From a virus: a stretch of DNA of 39,568 nucleotides. Location: positions 1-39,568 of the IMG/VR virus record IMGVR_UViG_3300045988_104095; one strand, written 5' to 3'. The translations under genes were made by a program, and so were the position numbers. Under the pieces are notes generated by a model. That model did no database searches. It was not told the DNA's origin and was given only the letters and a program-made list of their open reading frames with translations. Position 1 is the first letter of the stretch, and every line of letters starts with the position of its first letter. Below are positions 1 through 7,280 of the stretch, in pieces.

Positions 1-55
1 GAACCACGGTATTATTAACAATGTACCAATTAACCGACGTTTGGAGGTTGTACAC
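1..55. repeat. Terminal direct repeat, copy 1 of 2. Exact duplicate of 39514..39568, consistent with the overlap of a circular assembly.
   Basis: Bases 1-55 and 39514-39568 read identically (gaaccacggtattattaacaatgtaccaattaaccgacgtttggaggttgtacac). A minus-strand reading frame continues in phase across the implied junction 39513|1. Confidence 0.95.
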
Positions 56-1750
56 ATGTCCAAAAAATTCACGGAATCGCACTTCGCTCACGCGGCTAAG
101 GCCGTATCCGAAGGCAAGCGCCTCATTCAAATCGCAAAAGAGATCGGGTTTTCCGCCGACATCATCAGCAAGCACCTTCGGAAGCGAGGAATAGAAATCC
201 CCGTTTACCGCCGCACGGGCGATCGCATCCAGCTGCCCGAGGATGAAATCGTCACCATGTACCAAAGCGGACAATCCGAGCAGGCTATTGCCAAGCATTT
301 CAACGTTGCCCGTCATGCCATCCGACGAAGGCTCGAAAGAGCTGGGATCAAAATGCGCGGGATTCAAGAGGCACAGCTTTTGCGTTTTGCTCAAGCTTCT
401 GAAGAAGCTCGAAAAGCGATCACAAAGGCCGCTAATCTTGCCGTCACTGGAATTACTTGGCCGCACAATGAACGCGTCCGATGGGCGCAATCCCGAGAGC
501 AAACGGGCAAAGTCGGCCGCTTCGGCAAAGGAGAGGCCGAATTTGCCACATACCTGACTCAGCTCGGCATAGACTTCGTTCGTCAGAAGGCCGTAGACGT
601 CTATAACGTCGACTTCGCCGTCGGCCCCGTCGCCGTGGAATTGACCTGCGGAACCCTCAAATACCGAGGCGGGAACGCCGTCGAGAACAAGCGCATCAAA
701 AAGCTCCTCGAATGTGGGTACAACCCAATCTGCGTTGAGTTCTCTGATGAGGGAGCAATCTGTCCGCTTTTTATGGATCAAATAATCTCCCTTGTCGAGA
801 AGGCGTACAGGCTTCCACCCTTTAAGCGTGAGTACTGGGTGATTCGGTGTCGCACTACACACTGTGCCGTCGTCCGTAATGAACTCGGCCAATTTTCCCG
901 TGTAGAGACGCCGATACAGCTTCATTGGGAATGGAAGATCGTTAAGCTTTGATTCCCCAACAAAACACCCCGGCAACTCCCCGGGCAGTACGTAGCGCCC
1001 AACATCGCTGTCGTACAGGCCTTTTTTTAGGTCGAACTTTTTGCCGTCCATCGCCTTGTGCGTCTCGCGGCTCGTGTGCTTGCCGGGTACGTGAATCCAT
1101 TCGCCCTGTTCAACGCCAACCTCTAAATCGTTCGCGCGGCACAGGGCTTCGGTCGCCTTATTGCACTGATCGCGAGCAATGAAGTCCGCCCGGCGCTGTG
1201 TGATGTCGTAGCGCTTAGATAACTCGGACTTAAGCCCCGCCACGTCTCGCCCGTCGGTCACAGCCCGCATGACAAGCCCCTCGACCTCCTGAAGGTATCG
1301 GGAGCTGATGGACTTGATAAGCGACGTGTTGGCGTTCACAAGCGCGTCAAAAGCGTCTTGCGAAATCTGCCCTTTGTCAAAACGAAGGTCGAACGCCTCG
1401 AACCCCGAAGCCCGAAGCGCTGAGTTCTGCGCCCGGTCGACGTGGTCGCGCGTCTTCCTTACGAACCAGTCCGCCGTGTCTTCGGCAAAGTCCTGCGAAT
1501 ATTCTTCCCACTTCTTGCGCATCCGATCAATGATCTTTTGCAAGCGCTCGGCAGGGGACTCGGCCCTTGCGTCCTTCGCAATCCGCGGCTCTACCTTGCG
1601 ATAAAGCCCCTCAAGCTCTTTGGCGACGTCTTGCGCCATCTGACGCACGAGCGACCGCAGTTTGCTCGCGTACGCCTTCCGAAGCCCTGCATTAGGCCGC
1701 ACGGCTCGGATACGCACGTCAGTAGACTGCGCCCGCCTTGTCGCTGTCAT
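1..1750 (-). CDS. Head morphogenesis protein precursor (Mu gpF / SPP1 gp7 family): N-extein 1750..968 plus intein 967..1. The gene continues across the circular junction and ends at 39452.
   Basis: Absent from the ORF track because the frame has no stop before the window edge. By hand translation, ATG at 1750 follows GGAGGA after a 5-nt spacer. The product starts MTATRRAQSTDVRIRAVRPNAGLRKAYASKL and continues ...RYDITQRRADFIARDQCNKATEALCRANDLEVGVEQGEWIHVPGKHTSRETHKAMDGKKFDLKKGLYDSDVGRYVLPGELPG. This is the Mu_F-type C-terminal region, found immediately downstream of the portal gene. I checked every in-frame triplet from 1750 to 1 and found no stop. Confidence 0.85.
   Translation of the reverse strand, partial: MTATRRAQSTDVRIRAVRPNAGLRKAYASKLRSLVRQMAQDVAKELEGLYRKVEPRIAKDARAESPAERLQKIIDRMRKKWEEYSQDFAEDTADWFVRKTRDHVDRAQNSALRASGFEAFDLRFDKGQISQDAFDALVNANTSLIKSISSRYLQEVEGLVMRAVTDGRDVAGLKSELSKRYDITQRRADFIARDQCNKATEALCRANDLEVGVEQGEWIHVPGKHTSRETHKAMDGKKFDLKKGLYDSDVGRYVLPGELPGCFVGESKLNDLPFPMKLYRRLYTGKLAEFITDDGTVCSATPNHPVLTLKGWKPVRLLDKGDYLIHKKRTDCSLIRELNADWVVPTFEELFDALVLDGVPASVFEGSAGQFHGDGADGEVDVIDVYGLLTNEVYAELSQVCGKFGLSFAEAADFARLLSGLRPSDAFIVRPSNSSDGKISGLCDRFSSFFRSLSKTQKLCLLNPAHFDPSSFEPSSDGMTGNVEMLGNSLLGLSALVHGDDFILGQLDAIARAAVNGDFYSSLPKVLADDVGGKPDLFCDLNEALAFGYGLSRVSEVRFREFFGHVYNLQTSVNWYIVNNTVV
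56..952 (+). CDS. Homing-endonuclease-like protein (298 aa) with two HTH motifs and a Vsr/DUF559-like PD-(D/E)xK-type nuclease domain, encoded antisense inside the intein
   Basis: ATG at 56 follows GGAGG (43-47) after an 8-nt spacer. Two HTH-like segments: GKRLIQIAKEIGFSADIISKHLRKRGI and GQSEQAIAKHFNVARHAIRRRLERAGI. EAEFATYLTQLGIDFVRQKAVDVYNVDFAVGPVAVELTCG...NKRIKKLLECGYNPICVEF follows the DUF559/Vsr-like layout (E..L...G..F.RQ....Y.VDF....VAVE..G....R...L...G). This frame has mostly C/G-ending codons and purine-rich first positions. Confidence 0.75.
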   Translation: MSKKFTESHFAHAAKAVSEGKRLIQIAKEIGFSADIISKHLRKRGIEIPVYRRTGDRIQLPEDEIVTMYQSGQSEQAIAKHFNVARHAIRRRLERAGIKMRGIQEAQLLRFAQASEEARKAITKAANLAVTGITWPHNERVRWAQSREQTGKVGRFGKGEAEFATYLTQLGIDFVRQKAVDVYNVDFAVGPVAVELTCGTLKYRGGNAVENKRIKKLLECGYNPICVEFSDEGAICPLFMDQIISLVEKAYRLPPFKREYWVIRCRTTHCAVVRNELGQFSRVETPIQLHWEWKIVKL

Positions 1751-3206
1751 CGCGCTCCTCCGTGGTCGTGCTGCTCATTTGGCCGAACGGGTCTTCAGGA
1801 GCACCCGGGGCCTCACCCTCAAGGTCGCCAAAGGGATGATCCTTGGCATTACTCAACGCCATGCGCACCTCGTCCTCTGAGAGCACGCCGCGATCAAGGT
1901 AGACGGCGGCCGTGTCGGCCATCATCTTCTTGACCTCTGCCGTCGTGCGCTCGTCATCTTCGTCGAGTGAGCAGAATTCAAAGCTAAGGCTAGGATCAAT
2001 GTCGCCAAAGAGATTGATCTGCAGAATGCGCAGTATCTCTTCAAGCGGGCGCCGCAGAATCTTCTCCTGCCGCGTGGCGATTAAGTCGGCCTGTAGCTTG
2101 ATGTCGCTCTCGCCCGTGGCGTTAAAGCCCGAAGGCGACAGCCCGAGCGTCTTCACCACGCCGCTTTGGTTGACGGACACCACGAACTCAAGCGACTGGC
2201 GCACAATGTCCGTCAGGCCGGTAATCGGCGTGTTGACCTGAACGAAGTCTTCTTTGTCCTTGTCGAGGAGGCCAACGCCGTTATTGTCGCGGAACTTCGC
2301 AAAGAACTTCACGCGGTCGCTCACAGGTTGCCACGACTTGCGAGCAAAGAGCTGAGCGCCCAAATCGGTTTTAATGAAGCTCGTCGAGAACTTTGTCAGA
2401 AGCGTGTTCACTTCCTCGCGGTTCTTGCGGAAGTGCGTCACGTAGTCCGAAAGCAACTGCGCCTGAGCGATGCCGAAAAAGTTGTACGAGGGTTTGAGTA
2501 AGTCCGGTACCTCGTTTTCCACAAGGCGGATCAGGCGCGACGCGTGCACCGCCGTGCCCATGATGTAGAACACAGCGGGCTTGTAAAAGTCTTCTTTCAG
2601 CGGGTCGGACGCGTTAAAGCTCTGCGGCGTCGTAAAGATCGGATCAATCACACGGAACGATACGCGGTCTTTAAGCTCCGTCGATCGTGCCGTCTTGTTG
2701 AGTACTTCGTCCGGCTTGGCGTGCCCCGTGTCAACAAACAGGAAGGCGCCGCCCATCAGACCCATAGTCGTGAGCGCCTTGTAAAGCGTATCGCGCAAGC
2801 CGATGCGGTCAATCTCTTCCTCTAGTGCCTTCTTTCGCTTGTCGTCGTCACACTTGATTTCAATCCACGCCCGCAGCATCTCATCGGTTCGTGTTTGAAT
2901 GCACAGGCGAATCAGCGCATCCTGCGAAAGCTGTTGCAAAACGCCGTAGCCGACAAAGCTGACAAGGCTTGAAATCGCAGACCATTCGAACTTAGGCACG
3001 ATGCCGCCAGCAAAAGCCGCGTCCATGGCGCCGTCAAGCTGTTTGTAGTGCGCTTTTGTCCCTGCGAGTGACCGCGCGGGCTTAAGCAGTTCGCGAATGT
3101 CCTTTTCCTGCGGGATCGCGTCGACCACCGTTGTGGTGCCGTCGTATTCGCCGGTGACCTCAAATCCAGAGGTCGGGCGTTTCGTCTTCCGAGATTTTGA
3201 AGCCAT
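1719..3206 (-). CDS. Portal protein
   Basis: A 495-aa ORF immediately downstream of the large terminase and upstream of the Mu gpF-like gene. Size and position are typical of portals. Confidence 0.8.
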   Translation of the reverse strand: MASKSRKTKRPTSGFEVTGEYDGTTTVVDAIPQEKDIRELLKPARSLAGTKAHYKQLDGAMDAAFAGGIVPKFEWSAISSLVSFVGYGVLQQLSQDALIRLCIQTRTDEMLRAWIEIKCDDDKRKKALEEEIDRIGLRDTLYKALTTMGLMGGAFLFVDTGHAKPDEVLNKTARSTELKDRVSFRVIDPIFTTPQSFNASDPLKEDFYKPAVFYIMGTAVHASRLIRLVENEVPDLLKPSYNFFGIAQAQLLSDYVTHFRKNREEVNTLLTKFSTSFIKTDLGAQLFARKSWQPVSDRVKFFAKFRDNNGVGLLDKDKEDFVQVNTPITGLTDIVRQSLEFVVSVNQSGVVKTLGLSPSGFNATGESDIKLQADLIATRQEKILRRPLEEILRILQINLFGDIDPSLSFEFCSLDEDDERTTAEVKKMMADTAAVYLDRGVLSEDEVRMALSNAKDHPFGDLEGEAPGAPEDPFGQMSSTTTEERDDSDKAGAVY

Positions 3207-4374
3207 AACCGCGAGCCTTTATGTAATCGGATAGGCTATACCTAAGTCCGTCAATTATATGATTGTTTTTATCTAAGACAACTGGCAGAACCTCACCAGT
3301 CAGTCTATCCGTTTTGTAAGCGTAAAGCCTGAACTCGTCCGCCGTGTGCACACATCGCGGGTCGATAACGACCTTGTCAAAGCTACGGATAAAGCTAATG
3401 CCTTCCTCGATGCTCTCGGGCCATTTCTCAGCGCCCTCGATGTTGAATCCGTGGCGTTTCAGATAGCTGATTGTCTCAGGCCGAGCGCAGTCCGCCTTAA
3501 TTGGCCATTTCGTTGACTCGGGCACCGAACGATACAGCTGAGGCAATTCGTCGATTTCAACCCCGACGCCGTAAGCCTCATAGTCAATATACAGGCGATT
3601 ATCCAAGATGAAGCACCGAACCAGCGTCGACGGGTCACGCGCAAAGCCGAAGTCGGCGCCGAAGAAGAGCCGGTCGGCCTGTTTCCAAAGATCCTCCGGA
3701 ATCGCCTCGACGACGTACTTGCCGCGGAAAATCTGCGCCCCGCTGATGGTGAGCGGGAAGCCCTCCCAAATGTGCTGATACTTCTCGTAATCGTTCGCCT
3801 TGTCCCATTCCATCTGCTCGCGCAAGACTTCAGGAAAATACGGGTTATCCGTATAGTTGACCTTGCGAACGTAGGCGCCCGGCGGGGGTGCCTCTAGGAA
3901 ATCATTCGTTGGGTCGTCGACCGTGAGCGGGTTGAACGTCAGCCACAATTCCGACCCGGGTTTGCGGATTGTCGGAATCAGCACGTCCCACGACTTGCGC
4001 GAGACGGACGACGCTTCTTCAATCCAACAGATGTCAATGCCTTCCTTTGACCTAATCGAGTTCTCATTACGCAACAGGCCGGAGAAGATAAAGCGGCTCC
4101 CGGTGCGCTTATGCTCAATCTCCGACTCCTTGAAGTCGAACCGGTCAAATAAGCCCATGCGCTCCGCGGTATCTTTCAGCGTCTGATACGACGAATCGCG
4201 GATAGAGTTCTGCACCTCTCGACAGCACAAAATCCGCACCCGCCCGAAATCTGCCATAGCGATAAGCGCGCGTGCAACTGCCCAGCTCTTGCCACTTCCT
4301 CGGCCGCCGTAAAAGACTTTGTATCGGTGCGGCCTATACAGTTCCGCGAATGGGTCGGCGCTTCCGTTTGTCAT
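3160..4374 (-). CDS. terL: Terminase large subunit (PBSX/Terminase_3-like)
   Basis: Walker A motif YGGRGSGKSWAVARALI near the N-terminus. 404 aa, following terS with a 4-nt overlap. Confidence 0.9.
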   Translation of the reverse strand: MTNGSADPFAELYRPHRYKVFYGGRGSGKSWAVARALIAMADFGRVRILCCREVQNSIRDSSYQTLKDTAERMGLFDRFDFKESEIEHKRTGSRFIFSGLLRNENSIRSKEGIDICWIEEASSVSRKSWDVLIPTIRKPGSELWLTFNPLTVDDPTNDFLEAPPPGAYVRKVNYTDNPYFPEVLREQMEWDKANDYEKYQHIWEGFPLTISGAQIFRGKYVVEAIPEDLWKQADRLFFGADFGFARDPSTLVRCFILDNRLYIDYEAYGVGVEIDELPQLYRSVPESTKWPIKADCARPETISYLKRHGFNIEGAEKWPESIEEGISFIRSFDKVVIDPRCVHTADEFRLYAYKTDRLTGEVLPVVLDKNNHIIDGLRYSLSDYIKARGYGFKISEDETPDLWI

Positions 4375-4784
4375 TGCTTGGAGCCGCGGGCCAGCGCGTT
4401 ATAAATATCCTGTAAGCCCTCGGGCGGTTTCGCTGTTGTGGTCAGGTCGCCTTCGAGGCGCTGAGTTTCCTTCCAGCCGCACCGGGACTTAAGATAGAAA
4501 ATCGTCGCGGCAATGTTTCCGTTCTTGATTTGATCCATCAGCTTCCCGCCGACGAACACATTGGCCTTGGCCTTGCCTCTTTTAATGGCGGCCGCAAATT
4601 CCGCATAGTTCTGCTTGCGACGCGTCAACGTGTCCTGAGAAATCCCCAACGCGAGGGCGATTTCCTCCTCGTTGTCGCAGACTTGCGCGTACTCCTCAAC
4701 CTTTTTCAGGTCGATTTCAATCGGTCTGCGGCCTAACGGCTTCGGCATTCTTTCGCCATTTTTGGAGTGAGGATTTTCGGCCAT
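4371..4784 (-). CDS. terS: Terminase small subunit
   Basis: HTH-like EEEIALALGISQDTLTRRKQNYAEF followed by GGKLMDQIKNGNIAATIFYLKSRCGWKE, typical of small terminases. First gene of the packaging module. Confidence 0.85.
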   Translation of the reverse strand: MAENPHSKNGERMPKPLGRRPIEIDLKKVEEYAQVCDNEEEIALALGISQDTLTRRKQNYAEFAAAIKRGKAKANVFVGGKLMDQIKNGNIAATIFYLKSRCGWKETQRLEGDLTTTAKPPEGLQDIYNALARGSKQ

Positions 4785-4820
4785 AAAAAAAGGCCATCAG
4801 GAGGGAGCTTCCTGATGGCT
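4785..4820 (-). terminator. Intrinsic terminator directly abutting the terS ATG
   Basis: The minus strand reads GCCATCAGGA-AGCTCCC-TCCTGATGGC C TTTTTTT ATG. This is a 10-bp stem (4793-4802 / 4810-4819), a 7-nt loop and a 7-T tract (4785-4791). Confidence 0.8.
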
Positions 4821-4956
4821 TAAATCGGAGAACAATTCCTACGGAGTTTCAGAAAACCACCGGAAAGCGAGATGCTGCGTTTCTGTCAGGTGCGAAAACG
4901 CAGGCCACAGCCTGCATTCCACCCGCTGATACACAGCTTCCAATTTTCCATAACGC

Positions 4957-4986
4957 ATTATACAGGTCTCAGCCCTCAGAAGGCTA
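4957..4986 (-). promoter_or_regulatory. Candidate late promoter (perfect TATAAT, weak -35) upstream of a ~165-nt leader
   Basis: The minus strand reads TAGCCT-N18-TATAAT, with the -10 at 4962..4957. It lies in the 218-nt gap between the Q-like gene and terS. Confidence 0.45.
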
Positions 4987-5002
4987 ATTTGAAACGTACG
5001 GG

Positions 5003-5428
5003 CTAATCGTACGGATTTCGGCCTTCGGCTCGGCATATGGCCGCCTGAATTTGCTCAAGCGCCTGACGTAAGCGCTCCTGAATCGTACGCAGATTGACGC
5101 CGAGAAGGCGCCCTAAAAGCGCCCTATCCCGCACGCTATAGACGTACCACGCGAGCAACAGGTCTTTCGATCGTGCGTCTTTCATGCTTTGCCACGCGGC
5201 ATCAATCAGCCAGCCTTCTGCGTAGTCCCCCCGCGAGAGTGCCCGGGCCTCGGCCTCCTCATCGTCCGGCCAGCGACGTTGATCGTCCTTCCCGAAAAGT
5301 TTCATATGCCGGTAAAGCATCGTTTCTTCGTAATGCGGGCGGTCTTTGACGACGCGGCCCCAAATCTCAAGGCGCTGATCTAAGGCGGCGAAGTCGGTCG
5401 GGATTTGCAGGACGATGTAGCGCGGCAT
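5003..5428 (-). CDS. Putative late-gene antiterminator (Q-like, QuuD/Phage_antitermQ-type architecture)
   Basis: I prefer the start at 5428 (TAATG overlap with the rusA stop). It has the LEIWGRVV motif near the N-terminus and a C-terminal DLLLAWYVYSVRDRALLGRLLGVNLRTIQERLRQALEQI HTH-like segment. It is the last gene before the late promoter and terminator, and follows rusA as in lambdoid nin regions. Confidence 0.5.
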   Translation of the reverse strand: MPRYIVLQIPTDFAALDQRLEIWGRVVKDRPHYEETMLYRHMKLFGKDDQRRWPDDEEAEARALSRGDYAEGWLIDAAWQSMKDARSKDLLLAWYVYSVRDRALLGRLLGVNLRTIQERLRQALEQIQAAICRAEGRNPYD

Positions 5429-5859
5429 TAGCGGGTGACCTCGTAAAGCGTTATGTCTGCTCGGCTCGCAACAGAATACAGCTTTGTCGCGGTTTCTGAG
5501 CATATGCGCTTATCGTCATCGTACGCGACGCCGTTTAGTGCGTCCTTCACGATCTTAAGCAGGTTGTCGCCATCAGGCTTTTGGTCGTACGGCGCCAAAT
5601 CGGCGGCCTCGGTGCGGCGCTTTTTGCTCCACGACTTCGGCGGCTCGAAGAAGAATTCGCACTTAATCGCAAGCGGCACCCCGACGCGCTTTTGTACGCC
5701 CTGCGCCTTCATGGCCTCGATGCACGCGGCGCGGACAGCGGCCTCATATCGAACGGTCTTCTCCGGCGTGTAGGCGAACCCGCGTCGGGTAAAGCGCGGG
5801 CGGGCCTTCCCGACCGGCTTCCCCTCGACGGTGAACCGAAGGATTTCAGTAAGCTGCAT
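5428..5859 (-). CDS. rusA: RusA-family Holliday junction resolvase
   Basis: FTVEGKPVGKARPRFTRRGFAYTPEKTVRYE ... PDGDNLLKIVKDALNGVAYDDDKRI. I prefer ATG 5859, which follows GGAGG after a 6-nt spacer. Confidence 0.9.
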   Translation of the reverse strand: MQLTEILRFTVEGKPVGKARPRFTRRGFAYTPEKTVRYEAAVRAACIEAMKAQGVQKRVGVPLAIKCEFFFEPPKSWSKKRRTEAADLAPYDQKPDGDNLLKIVKDALNGVAYDDDKRICSETATKLYSVASRADITLYEVTR

Positions 5860-6130
5860 TGACGTCCTCCGGTCGCTGAGCATATCGCGCGACCTTCCGA
5901 GCACTCACAAAGCGCCCGTATAGCTCCAACAGGAATGCCGGGCCGTCGTCGATGTTCATGCGCACGAGCTTTCCGAAGGCGCGAAACGGCACCGGCTGAG
6001 CGGGCGTCGTGCGGAATTCGAGCAAAACGCGCTCGCCGTATTCCGGAAGGTTTTGCAGGCGCTCTTTTCGGTCCTTCGTGATCTCCTTCCATACCGTAAA
6101 GTTTTGTTTTGCGACCCTAATCATCGTCAT
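5846..6130 (-). CDS. Hypothetical protein (94 aa)
   Basis: ORF track. Start and stop overlap the same-strand neighbours. No motif recognised. Confidence 0.55.
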   Translation of the reverse strand: MTMIRVAKQNFTVWKEITKDRKERLQNLPEYGERVLLEFRTTPAQPVPFRAFGKLVRMNIDDGPAFLLELYGRFVSARKVARYAQRPEDVNAAY

Positions 6131-6390
6131 GCTGCCCCCAGTGTTCGTGATTCTCTGAACTCGTCAACGATGGCCCGAGCCTCTTCGGGCGTAATGTCCG
6201 CCTCGTCGTGCCAGTGACCAGCGTCCTCAAGCTCTCCGGCCTTTCCCGTCTTATCGACGCGGTATAGGTGCCAGTCTTTGGACGGAAAGAACTTGATGAC
6301 GTACTTTCGCCCGGCCTCGTCCGTGACCTCAAAGGCCGTTTCAATGCTGTATCTCACCTTAGCCCCTTTGCCGGTCTCGACCGGCTTCAT
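6127..6390 (-). CDS. Hypothetical protein (87 aa)
   Basis: ORF track. 4-nt overlap with the downstream gene. No motif recognised. Confidence 0.55.
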   Translation of the reverse strand: MKPVETGKGAKVRYSIETAFEVTDEAGRKYVIKFFPSKDWHLYRVDKTGKAGELEDAGHWHDEADITPEEARAIVDEFRESRTLGAA

Positions 6391-6712
6391 GGGTAATTCT
6401 GCGTTCGTTTGCGCGTAATGCCGACTTCACGCGGTCGGCTACACGTGCCATCCCGCCCGTTATCGTATCGTCATTGGCCTGCCTGATCTCGGAACACGTG
6501 CAAAGCCGAATCAGCGCTAGAAACGTTTCGCGGGTGCCTTCCCCGGCAACGATCTGCGTCAGCATCCGGCGGGCGTCGTAGGCGTCCATGATAAGCTCCG
6601 TGTCGCGCGTATCATCGGCCGCCCGGCGCACGGCTTCGAGCAGTAAGAGTTCTTCATCAAAATAGCCCGATGGCACGTCGTACGGCTCTTCAAATCGCGG
6701 ACTGGCGTTCAT
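6359..6712 (-). CDS. Hypothetical protein (117 aa)
   Basis: ORF track. Coupled to its neighbours. No motif recognised. Confidence 0.55.
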   Translation of the reverse strand: MNASPRFEEPYDVPSGYFDEELLLLEAVRRAADDTRDTELIMDAYDARRMLTQIVAGEGTRETFLALIRLCTCSEIRQANDDTITGGMARVADRVKSALRANERRITHEAGRDRQRG

Positions 6713-6939
6713 ACCCGACCCCCGAAAACAGACTTAAAAAATTCGTCGATCCTTTGGCTTTCTGCGTTTTTGAGAGCTTTCGGCGCCCCCTGCATCCAAA
6801 GCGTGCGCACGGCCTGAGCGCGTTGGTTTTGAATCTGTCGGTCAATGTCAGCGGCCAAATCGTCCAGCCCCGCGCGTTTTAGCGCACTCACAAGGTCTAT
6901 AGCCCTTTGCCCGTCTATTTCGATTTTGTAGGTTGTCAT
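6709..6939 (-). CDS. Hypothetical protein (76 aa)
   Basis: ORF track. ATGA-type overlaps on both sides. Confidence 0.55.
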   Translation of the reverse strand: MTTYKIEIDGQRAIDLVSALKRAGLDDLAADIDRQIQNQRAQAVRTLWMQGAPKALKNAESQRIDEFFKSVFGGRV

Positions 6940-7268
6940 GCTTCAGTCTCCTCAGGTTCGTAAGGCGTCGGGATGAGCCGCCACGCCTGAACGCTATACC
7001 GGCTCCAGTCGCCCGCAAACCCCTTCCCGGCTTCAAACGGCCTGACCTCCACGCTTAGATGCCCTGTCGGCCCTTTCAGCGTCACAAGGTAACCCCCGTC
7101 CTTTGCCGGATGCGTCGCCTCGTCGGTTTTGTCGTACCTATGCCAGCCCTCCACGCCTCGGCTTTCCAGCACCGATTCCAAGGCCTGAGCGACTTCCCGC
7201 AGCGTTCTTAACGCCGCTGTCAGTTTGTATTCAAGCACGCGCGGCGCCATTCTTTTCCTGTCTGTCAT
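6936..7268 (-). CDS. Hypothetical protein (110 aa)
   Basis: ORF track. Lies downstream of the helicase gene. Confidence 0.55.
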   Translation of the reverse strand: MTDRKRMAPRVLEYKLTAALRTLREVAQALESVLESRGVEGWHRYDKTDEATHPAKDGGYLVTLKGPTGHLSVEVRPFEAGKGFAGDWSRYSVQAWRLIPTPYEPEETEA

Positions 7269-7280
7269 TTTTCCATTCTC

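Larger units (their letters stand above)
1..967 (-). mobile_element. Intein (324 aa): Cys1 codon at 967..965, terminal His-Asn at 39514..39509, +1 Cys at 39508..39506
   Basis: Block A is CFVGESKL. Block B is GTVCSATPNHPVLTLKGWKPVRLLDKGDYL, with the TxxH motif at codons 40-43 (850..839). Blocks F/G are FGHVYNLQTSVNWYIVNNTVVHN followed by Cys. The layout parallels classical Hint domains, for example the ATPDHKVLT..GW and VVVHNC segments of the RecA intein. Confidence 0.85.

Noticed and set aside
243-557. An alternative-frame plus-strand ORF (104 aa) inside the endonuclease gene
   Set aside because: It is out of frame with both the HTH/nuclease protein and the intein. It has no RBS, and its product is low-complexity and Ser/Pro/Lys-rich.
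949-1933. Plus-strand ORFs 949..1182, 1308..1604, 1442..1933 and 1662..1880
   Set aside because: All lie antisense to the Mu gpF-like N-extein and the portal 3' end. Their translations are Arg/Ser/Cys/Pro-rich and carry no start signals.
4839-5036. A 65-aa minus-strand ORF in the Q-terS intergenic region
   Set aside because: It begins inside the Q-like gene and spans the predicted promoter and leader. It has no RBS, and the region is better explained as a regulatory leader ending in the terminator.
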